Assembly (NCBI GenBank): GCA_964483145.1
Contig: CAZAAK010000001.1
Span: forward strand, 2,575 to 66,574
Direction of reading: 5' to 3'
Length of the DNA: 64,000 nt
Source: an uncultured Bacteroidaceae bacterium
Lineage (GTDB): Bacteria; Bacteroidota; Bacteroidia; Bacteroidales; P3
The notes beneath the pieces are model-generated. The model searched no databases, was not told the origin of the DNA, and worked only from the letters and a program-made list of their open reading frames with translations. Below are positions 39,060 to 47,200 of this stretch, in pieces. Both the position numbers and the translations under genes were made by a program. Numbering within the stretch: the stretch's first letter is position 1; each line of letters starts with the position of its first letter.

Positions 39060-39256
39060 AAAAAATGGTGGCGGAGGGGCCGAATTTTGCAAATCCGAGC
39101 GATAAAAGGCAGCAAAAAACAGTCTTCGGCGGCGCGTTGTTGAAAAATAAACTGCGTGAAAATCACGCTGATGCATTTTTTTTTTGAAAGAAACGCGTTT
39201 ATGTGACAAAAAAACCGTAATATTGCCAATCGGTTTTAGGCGAATTATATACCAAA

Positions 39257-40270
39257 ATGTGCATGATGAAAAAGTTCGATAAAATATCTTTGATGCTGCT
39301 GATGCTGCTGCTTGGCTCGCAGGGCGCTAAGGCGCAAGATGTAGGGTTTTCGCAGTTCTATGCCAATCCGGTGTACCTCAACCCTGCCTTTGCCGGCTCG
39401 AAGGTGGCACCGCGCATCACCCTTACCTACCGTGCCCAATGGCCCGGTCTTGTCAGCGCTTTCACCACTGTCAGCGGTTCGTACGACCAGTATATCCCCG
39501 ACCTGCACGGTGGCATTGGTGCCATTGTGCTCTCCGACCGTCAGGGCGACCATGGCATACTGGGTACCACTTCGCTGGGGGCGATGTACTCGTTCCGCTT
39601 CAAGATTCATCAAGATATTTTCGTGAACCTAGCCTTGCAGGCTTCGGTGGTCAACTCCAATCTTTCGTGGGATTTGAATAACCTGCGTTTTGGCGACCAG
39701 ATCGATGCCAACAACGGCTTTGTGAACCAGACCTCTGCTACGGCTCCGGATCGGACGAGCCTTTTCTACCCCGACTTTGCTGCGGGTGCCTTGGTGTATG
39801 GGCCGGCGTGGTATGTGGGCGTGGCTGCGCACCACCTCAACCAGCCCAGTCAGGGCTTTTATACAGAGGATCGCGTGCCCCTGAAGCTCTCGGCCAATGC
39901 GGGCGGGCTGATAAACCTCTCCGAAGAGCGTCGCCGCCAGTCGTCGCTGGGCTTGGGTCAGCCGGTTGTTTCCCCCAACTTCATCTATCAGTATCAAGGC
40001 GGGTTCCATTATTTCAACTATGGTCTTTACCTGGACTGGATGCCCTTTTTGGTGGGGTTGTGGTATCGCAACGGCATCGAGAACTCCGACGCCTTTATCT
40101 TTATGGTGGGGGTGCAGCAGGACCATTTCAAGATTGGCTACAGCTACGATGCCACCGTTTCGCAGCTAGCCAACAGCACTGCGGGTTCGCACGAAATCAC
40201 CTTGGGCATCCTGTTGCCCGTTCCCGAGCAGAAGCACAAGGTCAAGGCCATCCGTTGCCCGTCGTTCTGA
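39257..40270 (+). CDS. porP: PorP/SprF family type IX secretion system membrane protein
   Basis: Signal peptide then QDVGFSQFYANPVYLNPAFAG, the family's hallmark N-terminus; a beta-barrel pattern follows. The start may be 3-9 nt downstream (MMKKF/MKKF). Confidence 0.85.
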   Translation: MCMMKKFDKISLMLLMLLLGSQGAKAQDVGFSQFYANPVYLNPAFAGSKVAPRITLTYRAQWPGLVSAFTTVSGSYDQYIPDLHGGIGAIVLSDRQGDHGILGTTSLGAMYSFRFKIHQDIFVNLALQASVVNSNLSWDLNNLRFGDQIDANNGFVNQTSATAPDRTSLFYPDFAAGALVYGPAWYVGVAAHHLNQPSQGFYTEDRVPLKLSANAGGLINLSEERRRQSSLGLGQPVVSPNFIYQYQGGFHYFNYGLYLDWMPFLVGLWYRNGIENSDAFIFMVGVQQDHFKIGYSYDATVSQLANSTAGSHEITLGILLPVPEQKHKVKAIRCPSF

Positions 40271-40441
40271 GGCATGAGCCGTGCGGAGCGCATAGCCGCG
40301 TGGGACTGTTGCACGGGTGGTGTACGCCGGAGGGAGTGTTCTAGACGAGTTGATAAAAACTCTTAAAAACGAAACAATTCGGCAACAATAACGTATACGA
40401 TAAGAAAAAGAGAGAATAAGAAGACGAAAAAGAAACATCGC

Positions 40442-40564
40442 AATACAACGTGCATCATACCACAGCAACATACATCATACAACAACATTATCTTTGTAAA
40501 ATACAACATGCATCATACAACAACATTATCATTGTAAAATACAACGCGCATCATACAACAACAT
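40442..40564. repeat. ~38-bp tandem repeat, about 3 copies, upstream of gldJ
   Basis: AATACAACnnGCATCATACAACAACATTATCnTTGTAA at 40500..40537, a partial copy at 40538..40564, and an expanded copy at 40442..40499. Confidence 0.8.
40489..40496 (+). promoter_or_regulatory. -7 box TATCTTTG inside the tandem repeat (second, weaker copy TATCATTG at 40527..40534)
   Basis: TAnnTTTG match about 110 nt upstream of the gldJ ATG. Confidence 0.35.
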
Positions 40565-40605
40565 ACCTCAAATAACTAAGTAAGAAAGAATAAATACATT
40601 ATATT

Positions 40606-42168
40606 ATGAAGATTTTAAAACGCTCATTTCTTGTGCTGGCCAGTGTGCTGTTGTTTGCGGCCTGCAGCGGCAGCAAGCAGCAGTCCGAAACCACGGGTTG
40701 GAATCTGAACGATACCGAGTGGGGCGGTTTCGACCGCTCGTCCTATTCCGAGCAGATTACGGGTCCGGGCTTGGTATTTATTGAGGGCGGTTCCTTCCAG
40801 ATGGGGCGCGTGGCGGACGAGTCGCGCTTTTCGTGGAACAACCTTGTGCACACCGTCACGGTGTCGTCGTTCTACATGGACGAGACCGAAGTGTCCAACA
40901 TCTCCTACCGCGAGTTTGTTTACTGGATGAACCGCGCCTACGGTGAGGAGTACCCCGAGCTAGTCAAGAATATCTATCCCGACACCACCGTGTGGCGTTC
41001 GCGCCTGTCGTGGGTGGAGAATTTTGTGGAGAACTATTTCCAGTGCGCCATGTTCAACGACTACCCTGTGGTGGGCGTGAGCTGGGAGCAGGCTTCGCAG
41101 TACTGCAAATGGCGTACCGACCGCGTGAACGAAAAGATTTTGGTGGATGCCGGCATCATCGAGTTGGCGCAAGGCGAGCTGACGGGTGCCGATGCCTTCC
41201 AGACGGACGTGTACCTAGCTGGCTTGTACAAGGGCGAGGGTGCTGGTGTGCCGGACCTCAACCCTGCTAGCGGTGGCGAGAGCCGCAATGTGCGCCGTTC
41301 CGACGGTATCCTCTTGCCCAACTACCGTCTGCCGACCGAGGCTGAGTGGGAGTTTGCTGCCCTGGGTATGATAGGCAACACCTACGACGAGCGTGTGGTG
41401 GAGCACAAGACCTACCCTTGGGCAGGGCAAAGCGTGCGTTCGGCCAACAAGAAATATTATGGCCAGTTCCTTGCCAACTTCAAGCGTTCGCGTGGCGATG
41501 CCATGGGCGTGGCAGGCAACTTGAACGACGGTTGGGAGTACACTGCCCCAGTGCGGTGGTACTTCCCCAACGACTACGGCCTCTACCACATGGCAGGCAA
41601 CGTAGCTGAGTGGTGCGGCGATGTCTACCGTAAGGATGTCAACCCCATTGGAGGCGACGACCAGAACCCCTTCCGCGGCAATGTCTACCAGTATGTTGCC
41701 ATGAGTGAAGACGGCGAGGAAGCTGCTGTGGACGAAGCCACTGGCAACCTGATTTACGAGAATGTGCCCGACGACATGAACCGCCGCAACTACCGCCAAG
41801 CCGACAACATCAACTATCTTGATGGCGACTGGAATTCGAGCATCTACGACTTTGAGAGCAAGGAGCCTACTTCGGCTTCGGGCTGGTTGCGCGAGAGCGA
41901 CGAAGAAGAGGATGCCGACGAAGAGTACACCCGCTCCAACGAGGAGCAGACCAACCAGATGTATCACCGCTCCGACAGCTTGGATCGCAAAAACATCACT
42001 TCGATGGTCAACAACCGCGTGCGTGTGGTCAAGGGCGGTAGCTGGCGCGACCGCGCCTATTGGATGCAGTGCGGCACCCGCCGTTACGAAGACCAGGATC
42101 GTAGCACCGCATGGATAGGTTTCCGCTGTGCGATGGACCGCATGGGTTCGCGCACCGGAGCTAAGTAG
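40606..42168 (+). CDS. gldJ: gliding motility / T9SS lipoprotein GldJ (FGE-sulfatase/SUMF1-like fold)
   Basis: Lipobox LLFAAC, then TTGWNLND..GGF..GPGLVFIEGGSF.MGR..SFYMDETEV.N..Y and a C-terminal GGSWRD. There is no porL/M/N downstream, so GldJ is more likely than PorK/GldK. Confidence 0.75.
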   Translation: MKILKRSFLVLASVLLFAACSGSKQQSETTGWNLNDTEWGGFDRSSYSEQITGPGLVFIEGGSFQMGRVADESRFSWNNLVHTVTVSSFYMDETEVSNISYREFVYWMNRAYGEEYPELVKNIYPDTTVWRSRLSWVENFVENYFQCAMFNDYPVVGVSWEQASQYCKWRTDRVNEKILVDAGIIELAQGELTGADAFQTDVYLAGLYKGEGAGVPDLNPASGGESRNVRRSDGILLPNYRLPTEAEWEFAALGMIGNTYDERVVEHKTYPWAGQSVRSANKKYYGQFLANFKRSRGDAMGVAGNLNDGWEYTAPVRWYFPNDYGLYHMAGNVAEWCGDVYRKDVNPIGGDDQNPFRGNVYQYVAMSEDGEEAAVDEATGNLIYENVPDDMNRRNYRQADNINYLDGDWNSSIYDFESKEPTSASGWLRESDEEEDADEEYTRSNEEQTNQMYHRSDSLDRKNITSMVNNRVRVVKGGSWRDRAYWMQCGTRRYEDQDRSTAWIGFRCAMDRMGSRTGAK

Positions 42169-42372
42169 AAAACCCGTTTTTCCCCCTTTTTTTTCAGTTG
42201 AATTTTTTTGGTTAATGGTGTAAGGGCCTCTGCTTCGGTGGGGGCTCTTGCTTTTTGGTGCGAACTATTATTTACCCTATCCCTGCATCGGCTTGGGCGG
42301 CGCTGCTGCTGCGCGCGATGGGGCAAATTGCGGCTGAGGCGGGGCAAAAGACAATGTTTGTAAAAATGTTCG

Positions 42373-42380
42373 TATATTTG
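42373..42380 (+). promoter_or_regulatory. -7 box TATATTTG
   Basis: About 24 nt upstream of the 42404 start. Confidence 0.45.
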
Positions 42381-42403
42381 CAAGAACGAAAGTACAGGAA
42401 GCT

Positions 42404-43939
42404 ATGAGGGCAAGTGTCTTGAAATGTGTTCTTTTGCTCCTTTTGCTGACGCCTGCGGGGCTGGTGTGGGGGCAAAAACTGATAACCTACGAGGCTGGCA
42501 TGGGCACGCGGGATGCCACCGACCCCGATGTGTGGATTCTTTATCGGCGCGTCAAGGCGATGCACGAGGGCATGGTGCTATATGCCGACTCGGCGCTACT
42601 GAACACCGTGCGCAACGATTTTATGGCTTTTGGCAACATCAAGATGGAGCTGACCGACACCACGACCATCTACGGCGACCAGCTTTACTACGATGGGGAG
42701 AGCCGCGTGGCGGAGATTTGGGACGACACCGTGCGCATGGTTGACGGGGGCACCGTGCTTAAGTCCGACCACCTTACCTACGACCGTTTCTCGTCCATAG
42801 CCTTCTACGATACCTGGGGCATTGCCACCGCCGGGACGCGGCGCCTAGAGAGCCGGCGGGGCTACTACAACTCCGACCTGAAGGTATTCGACATCTACGA
42901 TTCGGTGGTCCTTACCGACACAGGCATGTGCCTGCTCACCGACACGCTCACCTACGAGACAGAGCCGCAGATGGCCTATTTTTGGAGCCCTACGTGGGTG
43001 TATATGGATTCCACCCGCCTCTACAGCGAAAGGGGTACCTACAACACCGACTTGCGCAAGGCCCATTCTGTCAAGGCCTCGCAGGTGCACCGCGGCGGGC
43101 AACACCTCTACAGCGACACGCTCGACTATCACGAGCCTACTGGGCTGGGTATGGCAGCGGGCCATGTGCTCCTGAAGGACACGGTGAACGATGTTGACGC
43201 CACGGGGCGCTACGCCGAAACGGGGCGTCGGAAGGGTCTTTCGCTTGTCATCGACAGTGCCTTGGTGCGCTTCTATGGTCGCAACGAGGGCGACAGCGCG
43301 GAGGCGGATACGCTCTACCTGCATGCCGACAGCATTTTTGTGGGCACCGATTCGGCAGGAGGGCTCGAGTGGGTGATGGCCTACCACCATGTGAAAGCGT
43401 TCCGCAGCCAGGCGCAGGCTATGTGCGACTCGGTCCACTACACCGCGGCGGACTCCACGGCAAGGCTTTTCCACGACCCAGTGCTATGGTACACCAATAG
43501 CCAGGCAACGGCCGACACCATTGTGGTGCGGCACGACACCTCTGGGGCGCGGCAGGCTTTTTTTAGCGGCAGTAGCTTTTTTGTTGAGCAGTTGGACGGG
43601 GAAAAGTTCAACCAGATTAAGGGCCGCAACACGGTGGTATATTTTGCCGGGGGCGAGCCCCGCTATGCCGATATCCTGGGCAATGCCGAGATGACCTACC
43701 ACATTACCGACCAGGACGCCCACGGGGGCAAATGCCTTGTGGGGGTGAACTCCGGCAGGGGTTCGGGCATGCGGGTCTATTTTGTCGACCGGGCTCCCGA
43801 CAGGGTGGTGACCCTAGGCAACCCCGACATGCAGACCTACCCCTTGGAGCAGCTGCCGCCGGAGCGCAACCGTCTTGACGGCTTCCGTTGGCTCGACAAC
43901 AGGCGACCCAAGAAGCCTATGGATGTCTTTGTATGGTGA
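42404..43939 (+). CDS. OstA-like (LptA/LptD-N fold repeats) periplasmic protein
   Basis: Signal peptide and repeated ..V.L..D...L.AD.L.YD.. beta-jellyroll-like segments. Confidence 0.55.
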   Translation: MRASVLKCVLLLLLLTPAGLVWGQKLITYEAGMGTRDATDPDVWILYRRVKAMHEGMVLYADSALLNTVRNDFMAFGNIKMELTDTTTIYGDQLYYDGESRVAEIWDDTVRMVDGGTVLKSDHLTYDRFSSIAFYDTWGIATAGTRRLESRRGYYNSDLKVFDIYDSVVLTDTGMCLLTDTLTYETEPQMAYFWSPTWVYMDSTRLYSERGTYNTDLRKAHSVKASQVHRGGQHLYSDTLDYHEPTGLGMAAGHVLLKDTVNDVDATGRYAETGRRKGLSLVIDSALVRFYGRNEGDSAEADTLYLHADSIFVGTDSAGGLEWVMAYHHVKAFRSQAQAMCDSVHYTAADSTARLFHDPVLWYTNSQATADTIVVRHDTSGARQAFFSGSSFFVEQLDGEKFNQIKGRNTVVYFAGGEPRYADILGNAEMTYHITDQDAHGGKCLVGVNSGRGSGMRVYFVDRAPDRVVTLGNPDMQTYPLEQLPPERNRLDGFRWLDNRRPKKPMDVFVW

Positions 43940-44015
43940 CAAAATGGCATATTCCTGCCCTCTGGCACGGAAAGTGAGGGCTTTGGCATTAATATGAATT
44001 TGTAAATTATATATC

Positions 44016-44678
44016 ATGTCCGAAGAAAATAAACAACAGCAGAAACAACAGCAAAACGAGCAACCGAACCAAGAGCCGAAGGCGCAGGCTGGCGAAGAGC
44101 CAAAGGCGCAGGCAGACGGGCAGCCGGAGGCAGAGCCCGACGGAGGGCAACAGCCCGCTGCCGAGCCCACCGAAACGCAGCACCAGAGCCGCAAGGAACG
44201 CCACCGCAATCGCGAGCAACACGAGGCACAAGAGCGTCGAAAAGTGGAAGAGTTGGGCCAAAAGTTGATAGAGGCCAACGACAAATATGTGCGCATCTAT
44301 TCGGAGTATGAGAACTACCGCAAACGCACCAATATGGAGAAGGCCGACCTGCTCCTTAATGGTGCTAAGGAGACCATCAAGGCCATCCTGCCGGTGGTGG
44401 ACGACTTTGAGCGGGCGCTGGAGCACATTGCCGACGACGATGCTTCGAAAGAGGGTGTGCAGCTGATTTACAACAAGATGATGAAGATTCTCGAACAAAA
44501 GGGGCTCAAGGCGATGGAGGCCAAGGGCCAGAAGTTCGACGAGAGCCTGCACGAGGCGGTCACCCAGTTCCCCGCTGCCGACGAGAGCCAGAAGGGCACT
44601 GTGGCGGAGGTGGTGGAGAAGGGCTATTACCTCAACGACAAGGTGCTGCGCTACGCCAAGGTGGTGGTGGCTGTTTAG
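44016..44678 (+). CDS. grpE: nucleotide exchange factor GrpE
   Basis: Q/E/P-rich N-tail, then YVRIYSEYENYRKRT.. and a C-terminal ..GYYLNDKVLRYAKVVV. Confidence 0.92.
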   Translation: MSEENKQQQKQQQNEQPNQEPKAQAGEEPKAQADGQPEAEPDGGQQPAAEPTETQHQSRKERHRNREQHEAQERRKVEELGQKLIEANDKYVRIYSEYENYRKRTNMEKADLLLNGAKETIKAILPVVDDFERALEHIADDDASKEGVQLIYNKMMKILEQKGLKAMEAKGQKFDESLHEAVTQFPAADESQKGTVAEVVEKGYYLNDKVLRYAKVVVAV

Positions 44679-44714
44679 TTTTTTCTGATTTTTTTTTGAA
44701 AGAGAGAGTGTTAT

Positions 44715-45884
44715 ATGGCTAAGAGAGATTATTACGAAGTATTGGGCGTGGGGCGCAATGCCACTGCCGATGAGTTGAAGAAGGCCTACCGCAAGCTTGC
44801 CTTGCAGTATCACCCCGACCGTAACCCTGGTGACAAGGAAGCCGAGGAGAAGTTCAAGGAGGCGGCGGAGGCGTATGACGTGCTGAGTAACCCAGAGAAA
44901 AAAGCCAAGTACGACAAATTTGGTCACGCCGCTTTTGAGGGCGGTGCTGGTGGCTACGGCGGCGGCATGGATATGAACGACATATTCTCCCATTTTGGTG
45001 ACATCTTTGGAGATATCTTTGGCGGCGGCGGTAGTAGCTTTAGCGGCTTTAGCGGCTTTGGCGGTAGCTCTGCGGGGCGCCGTGCCCGCACAGTCGCGCA
45101 CGGGAGCAACCTGCGCATCAAGGTAAAGCTGACCCTTGAGGAGATAGACAAGGGTTGCGAGAAGCGCATCAAGGTGGGCAAATATGTGCCTTGCAAGAGT
45201 TGTGGTGGCACGGGTGCCCGCAACAACAGCTACGATACCTGCCCCCATTGCCACGGAGCGGGGGTGGTGACCGAGGTGCGCCGCACCATCCTGGGCCAGA
45301 TGCAGACTCAGAGCGTCTGCCCCCACTGCGGTGGACAGGGCCGTGTGATAAAGGACAAGTGCCACGACTGCGGCGGCGAGGGCATTGTGCGTTCCGATGA
45401 GATTATCACCATCAACATCCCGGCGGGGGTTGCCGATGGCATGCAGCTGTCGATGGCAGGCCAGGGCAATGCAGCCCCGCACGGGGGCGTGCCGGGCGAC
45501 TTGATTGTGCTAGTGGAGGAACTCCCGCACGACACCTTCGAGCGCCAGGAGTCGAACCTGTACTACAATGCTTTCATCACTTATGCCCAAGCCGCTTTGG
45601 GTGCGAGCATCGAAATACCCACCCTCTCGGGCAAGGTGAAGGTGAAGATAGAGGCTGGCACGCCCTCGGGCAAGGTGCTGCGCCTTCGCGGCAAAGGCTT
45701 GCCGGAAATGAACGGCTACGGCCGAGGCGATTTGCTGGTGAGCGTGAACGTGTGGGTGCCCAAGAGCCTCACCCATGAGGAGAAGGAGCTTATTGCCAAG
45801 CTCGACCGTTGCCCCAACCTGCAGCCCAATCCCAGCCGGCAGGAGCGCGGATTCTTTGACAAGATGAAGGATCTGTTCAATTAG
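44715..45884 (+). CDS. dnaJ: molecular chaperone DnaJ
   Basis: J domain ([16 protein letters not shown]), G/F region, and four CxxCxGxG zinc motifs. Confidence 0.96.
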   Translation: MAKRDYYEVLGVGRNATADELKKAYRKLALQYHPDRNPGDKEAEEKFKEAAEAYDVLSNPEKKAKYDKFGHAAFEGGAGGYGGGMDMNDIFSHFGDIFGDIFGGGGSSFSGFSGFGGSSAGRRARTVAHGSNLRIKVKLTLEEIDKGCEKRIKVGKYVPCKSCGGTGARNNSYDTCPHCHGAGVVTEVRRTILGQMQTQSVCPHCGGQGRVIKDKCHDCGGEGIVRSDEIITINIPAGVADGMQLSMAGQGNAAPHGGVPGDLIVLVEELPHDTFERQESNLYYNAFITYAQAALGASIEIPTLSGKVKVKIEAGTPSGKVLRLRGKGLPEMNGYGRGDLLVSVNVWVPKSLTHEEKELIAKLDRCPNLQPNPSRQERGFFDKMKDLFN

Positions 45885-45904
45885 GCCGTGGCGCCACCAA
45901 CTGC

Positions 45905-47200
45905 TTGCCGGAAACGATGTGCCCTCCTCCAGAGACATTCCTGCAGTATATCTGGCAGCACCAGCTGCTGGAGGGCGAGATGCGCACCGTGGAGGGGCAG
46001 CGGGTTGTGGTGGAGCGGGCTGGTGTGCCCAACGATGATGCCGGACCCGATTTCTTTGACGCGCGAGTGCGGGTGGGGGAGACGCTTTGGGCAGGCAATG
46101 TGGAGGTGCATGTGAGGGCTTCGGATTGGAACCTGCACCACCACAGCACCGACCGCGCTTACGACAACGTGGTGCTGCATGTGGTCTACGACTGCGACAG
46201 CGCCGTTACGCTTCAGGGATGCCACAACCTGCCCACGCTGTGCATTGCTGGCCATATTCCGCAGGCGGTGTGGGACAACTACGAGGCGCTGATGAATCCG
46301 CCGCGCCCATTGGCGGCCCCATGCCAAGAGTATCTTGCGCGGCTTTCGCCAGAGGCGATATCCCAGGCCTTGGAGCAGATGCTAGAGGAGCGCCTAGAGA
46401 AAAAATGCAGCCAGGTGCGCCAGCTTTTGGTCGAGAGCCACGGTGGGTGGGAGCAGTGCTGTTATTGGCTTTTGGCGCACTATTTTGGGGGCAGGGCCAA
46501 TGGGTTGCCTTTTGAGCTTATGGCCCGAGCCACCGACCTCAACCTCTTGGCCCGCTGGTGCGACCGGCCCGAGCGCATCGAGGCCATCCTGATGGGGCAG
46601 GCAGGACTGCTAGAGGGCGATTTTGTCGACGAGTATCCGCGGCGCCTGCAGGCCGACTACCGCGCCCTGCGCCCTGCGGCACGGCTTAACCCCATTGGGG
46701 GGCATCTGTGGAAGTTCTTCCGCTTGCGCCCTTATGGTTTCCCCTCTATCCGCATCAGTCAGTTCGGCCGATTGCTGTGCGCGTCGCGCAATCTTTTCGG
46801 CCGGCTTTTGGAGACGCCTTCAACAGCCGCACTTGAGCAGCTTTTTGATGTAACGGCAGCCGACTACTGGACGGACCACTACCAGTTCGACCAACCTTCG
46901 CCGGGCAAGCTCAAGCGGCTTTCCTCGGACTTTGCGCAGCTGCTTATCATCAACGCCTGGGTGCCGCTACTTTTTGAATACGGGGCCCAGCACGGCATGC
47001 CGCAATACAGCGACCGGGCTGTTGACATCCTGCAGGAGCTCCGGCCCGAATCCAACCGAATCATGCGCCAATGGGCCGAGGCTGGCATTCGCCCCGTCAG
47101 CGCTGCCCAAAGTCAGGCGTTGTTGCAGTTGCGCACAGGCTATTGCCAAAGACACGACTGCCTGCATTGTCCCATTGGCAATAAAATTATTACGTTATGA
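45905..47200 (+). CDS. DUF2851 family protein
   Basis: N-terminal FLQYIWQHQLL.. and ..GNVE(V)HV.ASDW..H.H motif. The stop overlaps the next start (ATGA). Confidence 0.65.
   Translation: MPETMCPPPETFLQYIWQHQLLEGEMRTVEGQRVVVERAGVPNDDAGPDFFDARVRVGETLWAGNVEVHVRASDWNLHHHSTDRAYDNVVLHVVYDCDSAVTLQGCHNLPTLCIAGHIPQAVWDNYEALMNPPRPLAAPCQEYLARLSPEAISQALEQMLEERLEKKCSQVRQLLVESHGGWEQCCYWLLAHYFGGRANGLPFELMARATDLNLLARWCDRPERIEAILMGQAGLLEGDFVDEYPRRLQADYRALRPAARLNPIGGHLWKFFRLRPYGFPSIRISQFGRLLCASRNLFGRLLETPSTAALEQLFDVTAADYWTDHYQFDQPSPGKLKRLSSDFAQLLIINAWVPLLFEYGAQHGMPQYSDRAVDILQELRPESNRIMRQWAEAGIRPVSAAQSQALLQLRTGYCQRHDCLHCPIGNKIITL

Larger units (their letters stand above)
32958..39256. other. accessory region inserted between porU and porP/gldJ
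   Basis: Heterogeneous GC, a defence-type gene pair, a gene remnant, and 1.2 kb of repeat-dense non-coding DNA, all between T9SS genes that are neighbours in other Bacteroidota. Confidence 0.5.

Noticed and set aside
38841-39229. ORFs of 95-122 aa running through the 12-mer array (VRGG, APHP and PLTP repeat peptides)
   Set aside because: The frames are open only because the repeat period is a multiple of 3. All three frames on both strands stay open, and there is no signal peptide or plausible start context. I treat the region as a DNA repeat, with translation not excluded.
42215-42250. Terminator hairpin after gldJ (AAGGGCCTC...GGGGGCTCTT)
   Set aside because: The arms are only partly complementary, so I could not support it as a confident rho-independent terminator.
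43963-43980. Sigma-54-like TGGCAC upstream of grpE
   Set aside because: The required TTGC element at the correct N5 spacing is absent (the sequence reads GTGA), so it is a chance hexamer.
44007-45482. 491-aa ORF on the minus strand
   Set aside because: It is antisense to grpE and dnaJ, whose products have unmistakable motifs. Its own sequence is A/L/V/G-rich low complexity, typical of spurious open frames in high-GC DNA.
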